Positions 40,822 through 52,719 of a stretch of DNA of 64,000 bases are shown here, in pieces. Origin of the DNA: Chiloscyllium plagiosum. Its lineage: Eukaryota. The number at the start of each line of letters is the position of its first letter. The first letter of the stretch is position 1. Both the position numbers and the translations under genes were made by a program. The stretch is taken from NCBI RefSeq assembly GCF_004010195.1, contig NC_057734.1, positions 22,559,736 to 22,623,735 of the forward strand. The letters run 5' to 3'. Below the pieces are notes generated by a model. It was not told the origin of the DNA and ran no database searches. It worked only from the letters and a program-made list of their open reading frames with translations.

Positions 40822-41110
40822 CAAGGTAAAAACAATGACTGCAGATGCTGGAAACCAGATTCTGGATCAATGGTGCTGGAAGAGCACAGCAGTTCAGGCA
40901 GCATCCGAGGAGCTTCAGCAAAATCAACGTTTCAGGCAAAAGCCCTTCATCAGGAATAAAGGCAGAGAGCCTGAAGCGTGGAGAGATAAGCTAGGGGAGG
41001 GTGGGGGTGGGGAGAAAGTAGCATAGAGTACAATAGGTCAGTGGGGGAGGAGATGAAGGTGACAGGTCAGGGAGGAGAGGGTGGAGTGGATAGGTGGAAA
41101 AGGAGCTGGG
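40822..41110 (-). mobile_element. PLE terminal-repeat fragment with hammerhead
   Basis: Minus strand CUGAUGA-AGGGC-UUUU-GCCU-GAAACGUU at about 40922-40957. Confidence 0.8.
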
Positions 41111-44100
41111 CAGGTCCATGTTCAGTTGACACCAAGCTGGGCATCTCTCTTCAACACAGGCAAGGCCTGACAAGTGCCCCTGTAAGCTACTTCTTACCCC
41201 AAAGGGTAGATTCTCTCCTGCAATCAAAAATGGCCAGGTCTCACACACTGGACTCTTCCAGAACTGCTTCCGTGTAAAGGGGGCATTATCCTGTCAACAT
41301 ACAGAACTCAAACGCAACAATATTCCAGGAGCATTTTTGACTTAGTGATGCCACAAGCCAAAATTATATGAGACCCGAAGATCAAAAGCCCCTGGAATGG
41401 TTAGTGCAGAAATGGTGTTGTTCCAGTTGACCACTGTACCACAGAATTCAGACAAGTCTGTTAGTGTACACAGGTTTAGTGAAAACTACCCTCTGCCTGC
41501 TGCAGGAACAAAATATCATTGAGGAGAATGAGCTGCATTTCGAAACGTATTTTCAACCAGTTAATCACACAATTTCTTTTCCTGTAACTTGCAACAATTT
41601 TTAGACTTGTGTATCTTCATATTTTCAAGCTGACAGAGAAACTTCCAATCTGGAAATCTTTATTTAAATGACATTCATCTGACTGGTGAAAGTGATGGCT
41701 GACATAGAGACGCGTGAAAATTCTGAGCATCAGTGGAGGTGGAGATGATTAGCTTTACAGGATGCGGTACATGTGGGCGTACAGACTGCTCTCCCGCGCA
41801 GCTATTGTAGAGCTGTAATTTAAAATAATGGTCTGATGCATCTGGAGTATGCTTTAATCTATTCTTTGTTGCATGAAGTGCTGGCAGGAAGCGGTGATGC
41901 AGGACAAAAAGGTTCCTCACCAAGCAATTTCTCAGAGAATACCGTTCTTTGGGGATTAGAAGCTGAACATTACTGGCTGCAGAACCGGGTGATTTTAAAG
42001 GTTTCAAATTTATAACACATGTTGGAATTTGATTTTTAAGCAATCCAATTGATCTTTCGCTTGCAAGAGTGCTCTTCTGCTTGTAAATTCCAATGAACCA
42101 TTTTGCAGAGGCAATTCTCAAAACACTTTATTTATGAGAAAGATCTTTTCCATCACACTGATCTTTGGCAACTGTTGCATGTAATTTTTCTCTTTTGTTG
42201 ACAATGTAAGAAGAAGTTAATCTTTTTGGCAAGAGGCTGAGTGTTACCTGACAGGTTAGGGATTTATCTTTTCTATTCATTATTCTAATTTATTTCTGAA
42301 TAACCTGACTCTTCAAATAAACAGCGTCTTAATGATCATCAAAACGTATGTTGCAACTCTTGCAATAAATCCTCCAGATGAAACAGTTCCTGGTTCACAG
42401 TGTGTGACTGACTGGACCTTGCACCAAAGGCTCTGCCACACCTTCTCTCGTACGTCTAGTTTGTGATTAGTAGAACTTTTGTATGCCTTTTCTCAGATCC
42501 CTTGTGTAGAAGGCAGCCTGCACTCATTATCTAAGTGAAAGATTCTCCCCTTGAGCTATTACCTTGAATATCCTCATCCCAGCCAGATATTCAACACCTC
42601 CCAGCCACTTACTGGAATCTTGGAGCATACCGCTCCTGGTGCTTTTGCTCAACTACTTCCCATTGGAATGCTCAAGTTACAATTCACTGGGCTGAATTTT
42701 ACCAGAAATTGTCAATTTTGGTGAATTTCCTTGTGGGTTTCTCTCTGCGAGCCCTCGCGAATTCTCTCATGTTATCTTCTCCAACTCACCTCATTACCTA
42801 CACTCTATGTCACTGTGGTGCCCTGCTCATACATTCCCACCCATGGAAATACTGGTCACTGCTGGCACCTTGAAAAGATTTCTGGCGCAAGTGCCATTTT
42901 TAAAACTCAGATGTGTACCTGGTTAAGTGTTGGCGGTCTGTAGCTACCCCACACAATTCCTGTCAATTGACCCAGACGTGTTGGGCAGGGAGAAATTTGC
43001 ACCTTGCTTTGCATTCAGGGACTTGGAAGTCCCGGTGGATGGAGTAGGTGGTGGTGGGGGGGTGGGGTTGGGTGGGGGGGGATGTTGCATGTGGTCACTG
43101 CCCATGGAGTGTACCCTGAGATGTTGATGATTGATGGAGGTCTGGACGAGCAAGGGGGGAGCTGGAATCACCAGGATTACCATTCTGCCTTTCTCGTCGG
43201 GAATTGTCAGCATCTAGTTTCTCTCTGGCAGGTGAGAGATTGGGAAACTGCATACCAATAAGGCGGGTGGTGTAATAATGAGACGTTAATGCATGCTAAT
43301 AGGCCTCTCGCTCCACACTGGTGCGAATCTCATCTCACTGGGTTGGAATCTCATTCAGCGCTGGGTTGGAAAATGGGACTTACTGCTCACAGCATGGAAA
43401 GCTCTTCACTGGCAATCTCATTTGATTTTCCCAACTTTCCTGCTATTGCCACATCACTCAGGGGCTGGGAGATGGAATATATATGTAGCCCTACAATGTT
43501 CAGCTGAGGAGACAATCTATTTCAGCTCTGCTCCAACAACGAACTAACTTTCCTTTCTGAATCGTGAAGTATTTACATTTACAGCAGAAATCACATCCCC
43601 ACCCAAACCTGCCTTTACCACCAATCATGTAACATCCCTCCTAACATCTGCCATTGTTTTCCTTGGTACCACAATGCCTCCAATTCTGTGTAATCCCTCT
43701 CCTCATCACACCTGAAAATTCTAAAATGAGGAATTTTGAGCTGTTTCCTGCACTCAGTTTCCTAGATCTTCCATGTTCACTTGTTAATTTAGTCCATTCA
43801 TCTGGGATGGATTCAAATTGCATTCTCAGAGCTGAAAGGATACTTCCACTGCTCCATCAGCCCCTGTGAAAATATTGACCCCTTGTAATATGCACCCAAA
43901 CCTTCTCCCCGATTGTCATTTTTTACATCGATATTTCTAATCAACCTGTTCAGAGATGTTATGACACCCCCCCAGAGCCAATGGGACGTGAACCTAGGCC
44001 TACTGGTTTAGAGATAGTGACACCGCCACTGTACCAGTAGAGCTCCTCAGAGTCAACTAATATAATGACTAAGTTACCACATACATCTGCAGTGCCAAAT

Positions 44101-45281
44101 TTTAAAATTTACTTCACGCAATGAAACAATGAACCAAAGTTCAATTCAAGCAGCTGAGTTTTGAAATCCCATTCCACACCCTTCACTGAAGCAACTAGAG
44201 ATGATACAGATCCCAAACCACATCACAGCACTAGCTAAAACAGATCACTTACCAAGATTGATCGTCCCGCACAATGATACAAGTCATATCTGGAGATTGA
44301 GTGGAATGGGTCTTTCTCCCTGGAGTTTCGCAGTATCAGAGGGTGCCTCATTGAAACATGGAAAACTGTTAAATGGGCTTGAGAGAATTTATTGCTAAAA
44401 GGTTCGTTCTCTGGGCTAGGGTTTGTTGAACTAAGGGGTCATAATCTCAGGATTAGAGGTCAGCCATTTGGGGCTCAGACGAGGATAAACCTCTTCACTC
44501 AGTGGTGGTTGTGAATCTTGGGAGTTCTCTTCCCCAGCTGGTTGTGGTGCTTAGTATGGTCAAGATTGAGTACTTTATTATTTTTATGCACGAGGAATAT
44601 TAGAATAGAGCAGGAAGGGAGAACTGATGTAGAATATCCATTATTTTATTGAGCGTCAGAGGAGAGGTGTGGGGTATAGAGTCCACCTCTACTCTTTGTG
44701 CCCATAATCTTATAAGGAAGATCAAATAGACTACATGATGCTAAGAGATCTGGTTTCTTTCAAAACCACTGAACATTGTTGTCTATCTGCAGACAGAAAT
44801 GTATATTTTACCACTCATCATCGCATCTAACTCACCCACACCTCAAAAAGATAATGGCAATATCTCATTGGGTCAGACTGATGTTTTCTTAAGAATTTTG
44901 GAGGACAGAGAGATATAAGCATAATTAATGCATTTTCTGGATTAAATTGCGTCCTGCCATACAGAAGTACAACTGGTTCAAATTAGTTGCTTTATTATTT
45001 CTACCCCAAAGGTGAACACTGAGACTAAATGCGCAAAGAACTGGCCAGAGGATAAGGTTCTAGAAAATTAACTGGCAAAATATCTGCAATAAGCTCAGTG
45101 GTCAGTCTTCTGATAAGTAACTGCAGCTTCTTTGATACACGACATTCACAAAAATTGTTAGATTCAAAGCATTCAGAAAGAGATACGCTGTTGCATCCCT
45201 TGCCAGTGATGAGTTAAGTAATAGACAACCTCTGTTAAAAGGGAGTTTAATTTGTTCTTACTTATTTAGTGTTATGTAGTG

Positions 45282-46513
45282 TATTTGAAGAAGTAACAAA
45301 GAGGATTGATGAGGGCAGAGCGGTAGATGTGATCGATATGGACTTCAGTAAGGTTTTCAACAATGTTCCTCATGGGAGACTAGTTAGCAAGGTTAGATCT
45401 CATGGAATACAGGAAGAACTAGCCATTTGGATACAGAACTGGCTCAAAGGTAGAAGACAGAGGGTGGTGGTGGAGGGTTGTTTTTCAGACTGGAGGCCTG
45501 TGACCAGTGGAGTGCCACAAGGATCGGTGCTGGGTCCTCTACTTTTCATCATTTATATAAATGATTTGGATATGAATATAGGAAGTATAGTAGTAAGTTT
45601 GTAGATGACACCAAAACTGGAGGTGTAGTGGACAATGAAGAAGGTTACCTCAGATTACAACAGAATCTTAATCAGATGGGCCAATGGGCTCAGGAATGGC
45701 AGATGGAGTTTAATTTAGATAAATGTGAGGTGCTGCATTTTGGGAAAGCAAATCTTAGCAGGACTTATACACTTAATGGTAAGGTCTAGGGAGTGTTGCT
45801 GAACAAAGAGACCTTGGAGTACAGGTTCATAGCTCCTTGAAAGTAAAGTCGCAGGTAGACAGGGTAGTGAAGAAGGCATTTGGTATCCTTCCCTTTATTA
45901 GTCAGAGTACTCAGCACAGGGGTTGGGAGGTCATGTTGTGGCTGTACAAGAAATTGGTTAGGCCATTGTTGGAGTATTGCGTGCCAATCTGGTCTCCTTC
46001 CTATCAGAAAGATGTTGTGAAACTTGAAAGGGTTCAGAAAAGATTTACAAGGATGTTGCCAGGCTTGGAGGATTTAAGGTATAGGGAGAGGCTGGGGCTG
46101 TTTTCCCTGGAGCATCGGAGGCTGAGGTATGACCATATAGAGGTTTATAAAATCATGAGGGGCATGGTTAGAATAAATAGACAAGGTCTTTTCCCTGGGG
46201 TGGGGGAGTCCAGAACTAGAGGGCATAGGTTTAGGGTGAGAGGGGAAAGATATGAAAGAGACTTAAGGGGCAACGTTTTCACTCAGAAGGTGGTGAGTGT
46301 GTCAAATGGGCTGCCAGAGGAAGTGGTGGAGACTGGTACAATTGCAACATTTAAAAGGCACCTGGATGGGTATATGAATAGGAAGAGTTTGGAGGGATAT
46401 GGGCCGGGCGCTGGCAGGTGTGACTAGATTGGGTTGGGATATCTGGACGGCGTGGACAGGTTGGACAAAAGTGTCTGTTTCCATGCTATACATCTCTATG
46501 ACTCTATGACTCT
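45282..46513 (+). mobile_element. CR1 LINE RT and 3-prime fragment
   Basis: [23 protein letters not shown] and LERVQKRFTR, with a (ctatgact)n tail. Confidence 0.95.
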
Positions 46514-46721
46514 AAACGTCCAGGCTAGGGAGTGGTGGACTATGAGCTGAAATGTCCCTCGAACCAGTGTGAAGCTGGCATTCTATTACCACAATTATGA
46601 GAGGCACAAGCAACACATTGCAGCAGTGAGATGAACTGAAACATATTGCTAGATTGGACTGAGTGTGGTCCCTTTCAGCAAAAGCAAATTTCCAGATTCA
46701 TACTAAAATAAATGGAAAATA

Positions 46722-47165
46722 AAGAAAGACTTGCATTTTTACATCTTTTTGTGGACACTGGGCATCTCAAAGCACTTGCAACAAATGAAATAGATTTTGG
46801 AATAAAGTTACTGCTGCAATGTAGGAAAGTCAGCAACTAATTTCCATTCAGCATATTCCCACAATGTCATGTGATAGTAACCATACTTGTTTTGCAAAGT
46901 TGATTGATGGGAAATATTGGTCAGGACAACATGGATAACTCCACCAGTCTTTGAAAACAAAAGATGAAAGGGATGTTTAACATCCACCCAAGCTGACAGA
47001 TGTGACTTCAATTTAACACCACATCCAAAAGATAGCACCTCTGACAATGCAATGTTTCCTCAATTCTGTGCTGAGCTTTGAGTTTTGTGTTCAAGCCCTG
47101 GAGTGGGATTTGAGCGGTGAATACTGTGACTCAGATACACGTGTGCTACCTTATGAGTCATAGCA
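46722..47165 (-). mobile_element. Deu-domain SINE
   Basis: Reverse-strand homologue of the 1090-2222 element. Confidence 0.7.
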
Positions 47166-47689
47166 GAAATACTTTATACAGGGATAGAGTTGAAACGTTG
47201 CAATGTTTGAACTGTGAAAGCTACTCCTAGAGACTGATAATGTAACATATTTATAAAATTTGTAGACAGAGCTAAACTCATCACATCTTAAATATCTGTC
47301 CCCTGGTACTTCTGTACCAAAGATGGTGCTATGATGAGGCAACTGTAAACTTTTCAATGTACTTACTTGAATACATGTGACAATAATGCTAATTCAATTG
47401 TGGCCTGATCACTTTCCAAACAGTTTTTTTTAACCTATTTTTCCTCATCAACCTGTTCAGAGATGTTATTACACACCTCTGGAGCAGGTGGGACTTGAGC
47501 CCAGGTCTCTCGGTCCAGGAGTAGGGACACTCCCATTGCGCTATTATAGTCCCTCAGTTTGATTGGTTTATAAATACACCATTTCAATGACAGCCACGAC
47601 TCATTCCATATTAAATATTCAGCCGAACTCAATTTGTGAAAACACAAATAGCGTGAATGTAACTGCTAGGTCAAACAACAGCAGCTTAC

Positions 47690-47830
47690 CTTGCCTAGAA
47701 AATCATTCTTTCCCACCATGTCCCAGTCCCAAACTTCCACAGTGAACATCATTCCTTCTGTCGGTAAGCCATCCTCCAGTTCAAACTCAAATACTTCATT
47801 CCAGTGAGGAAAACGAGTCTTCTTTATAGT
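47690..47830 (-). CDS. RASAL1: RASAL1 internal exon, C2B domain: TIKKTRFPHWNEVFEFELEDGLPTEGMMFTVEVWDWDMVGKNDFLGK
   Basis: 141 nt, ag/gtaag, phase 0-0. Contains TIKKTRFPHW and the Ca2+-loop motif WDWDMVGKNDFLG typical of RASAL1. Confidence 0.95.
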
Positions 47831-50539
47831 CTAGAATTTACAAAGAGTTACCAAATATTAGAATATGTATTAGAAATGAATTCTGTAAGGAAAATGGTAT
47901 ATAGTTAATGCAGAAGTTGTATTATAATAATAGGTTTAGTCTTATCTAAGAGGAAATAAAGAGATTTTTAAAAAATCATAATAGTGACAATGAAGCTTTT
48001 GGATGGTTTAAAAAGCCTTTTACAAGTGCCCTTTTGAGAATGATACCTGTCCTTCTTACCCTGTCTTGTCTATATTTGTCTCCAGATCCACAGTAATGTG
48101 TTGAACTTGTACTGTGCTCTTAAACTGCCTAGGAAATTATGCATTTGTATCAGAACTGCTACAAAAAAATTAGTTTTTAAAAAATGCCGAGCAGGCACCA
48201 GAGTCAGAAGTGACAGAAATATATAATCCTATCCAGCTGTTATATACAGCTTTTATCCATTATGGTAAGTTTACCAAGGGGTCCACATTTTGCTAGGACC
48301 CCCGAAGTCACAGACCATATAACCCTTTCAATAAGCCTGCCCTAGTCATCATACTCAATAAACAATTAGGGAACGTGTTACAATTGGAGTATAATGCATC
48401 TGGACATCACTGTATTATGAATACAATACCATGTGGACAGACTGATAGTGACAGCTCTGTTATGAGTCTCTCCAGTGTTGTACAAGTTATTGAACTGGAC
48501 TAATGCCAATCAAAACAGAGACCAATCTCCGGATCCCTTTCAAATGCATTTTATTTTACAATTAACATGCACATTGCCCCTTCTCAATTCTTTTTATCTC
48601 CATCTTATCATCATTGTCTACAGCAGATGGTTAACCAAATAACTTTCTGCAATGAAAATTGAATGCCAGTGATGATGACCATGAAACTCCCAGGTTGATA
48701 TAACCCCATATGGTCAGACTCATAGCAAGGCAGTTGACTCAGAACTGCCCTCTTAAATTGCCTAAAACCATTCAGTTGAACAGGTATCAGGACCACTACA
48801 AAATATACAACAAGAATAAAAACAGATGGAATGCTCAGCAATACCGTAAGTAGGGGATTTTGAGATGAAAAAGACACACCTCGCTCTGCAAAGTCTTTTC
48901 ATCACCATTCTGGGGTTGCTGTAAAATCACAAGTATCACAGTCCAGTCAAGTAATAACCTAATATGTTCATACTCAGACTTATATCTGTCTACCAATGTC
49001 CAGAACTCTTGTATCACCATTCCTGGGTACATTCTGTCTTATTGTCAGGACTGGTCTACCAGAATTGATGGCACTTGGGTGCTGTATACAGTTGTGAGTG
49101 AGCGGCTGCATGAATCACCAACATGAAAGTCTTCTTACATTAGGTCAAACATTCATCGGATGAGTTTGCACTCCTCCATATTGCGCACCATGTACAATAA
49201 GCACCGTGTGTATTCTGGAAACGGACTTCAATGTATATCAGTAGAGCCACTGTTGGTCAAGTTCTGAAGGATCTGTCGACCAGACTAGGCCTTGGTATTG
49301 GTGAGAGAACCACTTAAGGTAAAATCTAACTTAAATACATATGCAAAAGCTAGGGACACTGACAACATCCCATCCGTACATCTGAGAAGTTGAGTTCCAG
49401 AAGTGCCATAAATCTAGCCAAGCTGTTCCAGTACAGATACAACACTGACAAATACTTGAAAATTAGGAATATTTCCACTGTATTCTCCTATCTACCAAAA
49501 AAAATGCATCCAACCAGTTATCACCCCAATAATCTACTCTTGATTATATGCAAACTCCTGGAAAATGTTGTCAACAATACTGTCAGGCAACACCTAATAA
49601 TGACCTGCTCATCAAGGCTCAGTTTGGGTTATGTGCTCTAGACCTTACTACAACCTAGGTCCAAACAATGCCATTGGTGATACTGAGAGTGATTGCTCTT
49701 GATATCAATCCAGCAGTTGACAAAATGTGGCACCAAGGAACCCTGTCAAAATTGAAGTCAATGGAAATCAGTTGAAAAACTCTTTATTCACTCGAATCAT
49801 AATAAGTATAAAGGAAGATGTTTGTGCTTTTTGGAGGTTAATCACCTCAGTCACAAGAGAGAGTTGCCAGAGTTCCTCAGGTAGTAGCCTGCATTCAGCC
49901 ATCTTCAGCTGCTTCAAAATGGCCTTCTCGCCATGTAAGACCAAAAGTAGGAGCATTCACTGTTAATTTCTCAGTTAGCAATTTTCAGTTCTCCTTGTAA
50001 CTCCTCAGACACTGAAGCAGCAAGACTAATATCTCCCTTTGACATTCAATGGCATTACCATCATCAAATCTCCTTCTATCAATATTCCGAGAGTCATAAC
50101 TGACCACAGAATTAACAGCTACATAAATAACTACAAGACCTGAGGGTGAGCAAGTGACTCAACTCCTGATTTCCCAAAATGTGTCCACCAGCAACAAGGC
50201 AAAAATCAGGAGTGTGATGGAAAACTGCTTATTTGTCTGGATAAACAGCAGTCCAATAAATTGATTGATTGATGATTTATTGTTGTCACATGCACCAAGT
50301 GAAAAATGTTTTTTTGCATACTATTCTGACAGATCACACCATACAGGCAGGGAATAGATGGATATGGGGACCTTGTGCAGACAGATAGAATTAGTTTAAA
50401 ATGGCTTCATGGTCAGCACAGATGTGATTGGCTGAATGGCCTGTTCATGTGCTGTACTGTCCCACGTTCTAATATTGAGTTTCTGAATTGCAATAACAAA
50501 TTTGGGAAGGCTCTTCTAAGTATAAAGATTAATGTATAG

Positions 50540-51500
50540 GGTTTGGTCCTTGAACCCCAGCTTTTTACAATCTCCATTAACTTGGATACAGGGATAGAAG
50601 TCTCTAAAGCCAAATTTGTGGACAACACAAAAATAGGTGGGATGGTAAATTGCAACGAGGAAATCAGAACCTTACAAGTGGATATAGATAGGTTGGGAGA
50701 GTGGCCAAAATGTGGCAGATGGAGTTTAATGTGGGTAAGTGCGAGGTCATGCATTTTGCTGAAAAAAATGGGAAGGTGACCTGTTATCTAAATGGGCAGA
50801 GACTTCAGGATGTGCTGGTGCAGAGGGATCTGAGTCACAGAAAACTAGCATGCTGGCACAGCAGATAATAAAGAAAGCAAGTGGAATTGTTTTTATAACT
50901 AAAGGAATAGAATTTAAATTAATGAAGTATTGTTGCAACAAGGCATTGGTGAGACCACACCTGGAGTATTGTGCACAGTTTTGGTCCCCTTATTTGAGGA
51001 AAGATGTAGTGGCATTGGAGGTAGTTCAGAGGAAGTTCACTAGATAGATGAGGGGTTTGTTGTATGAAGAGAGATTGAACAGTTTCGGCCTGTACTCTCT
51101 GGAATTTAGAAGATAGAGGGGAGATCAAATTGAGGCATTCAAGATGATAAAAGGTGTGGATTAAATAGACATGGAGTGGATTCTTCCTGTTGTGGGGAAT
51201 TCTAGAATGAGTGGTCATGGTCTTAGAATAAGGGGTAGCAAGTTTAAAACAGAGTTGAGGAGAAACTACAGGTTGTGAATTTATGGAATTCATTACCCCT
51301 AAGAGCGGTGAATGCTGGGACAATGAGGAAAATAAAAGAGGAGTTACTCAGACATTTAATTGGTAATAGGTTGAAGGGATTCGGGAAGAAGACAGGAAAA
51401 TGGGGGTGAGGAACATATCAGCCATGACTGAATGGCAAATCAGATTTGAAGGGCTGAATGGCCTAATTTTGCTCCTGTATCTTATGAACTTATGATCTTA
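50540..51500 (+). mobile_element. CR1 LINE fragment
   Basis: KFVDNTKIGG and ALVRPHLEYCAQFWSP. Confidence 0.9.
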
Positions 51501-51725
51501 TGAAATACTAAATTAGAGGAATTACCAAAATAATGCATTTTTATACAAATAATTCTACAGTGAAAATTCAAACGTGAAGGTTTTAAAGATTAATTTGGAA
51601 CTAAACAGTTGGTAAAAGTAATATTAAAGTAGCTGTTTAGTGGTAACAGGAGAAGGGTTCTTATAATTCTGTTATTGGCTGATCATGTGATATCTGTTGC
51701 CAAACGCAAGTCTTTAAAGCTAATC

Positions 51726-51818
51726 TTTCCTGAAGAAGGGCTTATGCCCGAAACGTCGATTCTCCTGTTCCCTGGATGCTGCCTGACCTGCTGCGCTTTT
51801 CCAGCAACACATTTTCAG
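51726..51818 (+). ncRNA. 93-bp retroposed unit headed by a minimal type I hammerhead ribozyme
   Basis: CUGAAGA at 51730-51736, stem II GGGC/GCCC, GAAA at 51750-51753, GUC at 51755-51757. TSD ctttaaagctaatc at 51712-51725 and 51819-51832. Confidence 0.8.
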
Positions 51819-52602
51819 CTTTAAAGCTAATCACACAATGCCAATGAGGTTCAGATTATACTTCAATTTGAATGGGAAGCATAAAAAAGGAATTTTTGGA
51901 ATCAAACACATTTACAGTAAATACAAACCAAGCTAACATTTCCATCAGCAAAGTCAAATTTTGTTATGATACTAAAACAGGAGTCAAATGTGGTAAATCA
52001 AAGCAGCTTTTGTTTGCATGCAAAACATAACAGACGGCTGCTTCTACATCACACTCAGAGTAAAGAAGTAGGTGTTCTTGTGAAGTAGCATACTTCAGAA
52101 TTGAATTATTATTGTCTGCATCAAGTCTGAGTTCTGAACATTAGATTCTACAACTGTCTAATTTCTCACAATTACATTTAGCAATTAAACTTGTTATTAC
52201 TGACAAAGTTTTCTTTCCTTATCTGAACAAGCCTCCATTCATAGTAAATATCATTCTAATGCCAAACAACATGGTCAAATTTATTAGAGAAGCAAAATTA
52301 AAATGTGATTTGGGTCAACTGATGCTGATAAACTGAGTGATATTAACTATGCAAAATGTTCAAGGAGAACAATGCTACTTATTAGGTCAACATTTATTGC
52401 CGATCACTAATTGTTCTTGCAAAGGTGATGATGAGCTGCGTTCTTGAACCAAAACCAGTCCATGTGGTGAAGGTATAGCTACAATGATGTAAGGAGAGGA
52501 ATTCTAGGAGTTTGATACACTGACAGTGAAGCAAAAATGATAGACTTCCAAATCAGAAATGATTGGCACCATGTACAGTTGAATAACTGTTATATAAAGT
52601 AG

Positions 52603-52719
52603 GAGAAATTGAGGACTGCAGATGCTGGCAAGCAAAGTTAAAAAGTATGGCACTGGAAAAGCACAGTAGGTTGCTGGCTGACCTGCTGTGCTTTTTCAGC
52701 GCCACACTTTTTATATAAC
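52603..52719. mobile_element. Mini fold-back PLE insertion with 17-bp TSD
   Basis: TSD actgttatataaagtag at 52586-52602 and 52720-52736, enclosing opposed terminal-repeat pieces. Confidence 0.75.

Noticed and set aside
42680-43480. G-rich block as a functional G-quadruplex or novel gene
   Set aside because: Looks like a decayed non-autonomous DNA-transposon-type repeat with a simple G run; the family cannot be supported from sequence alone.
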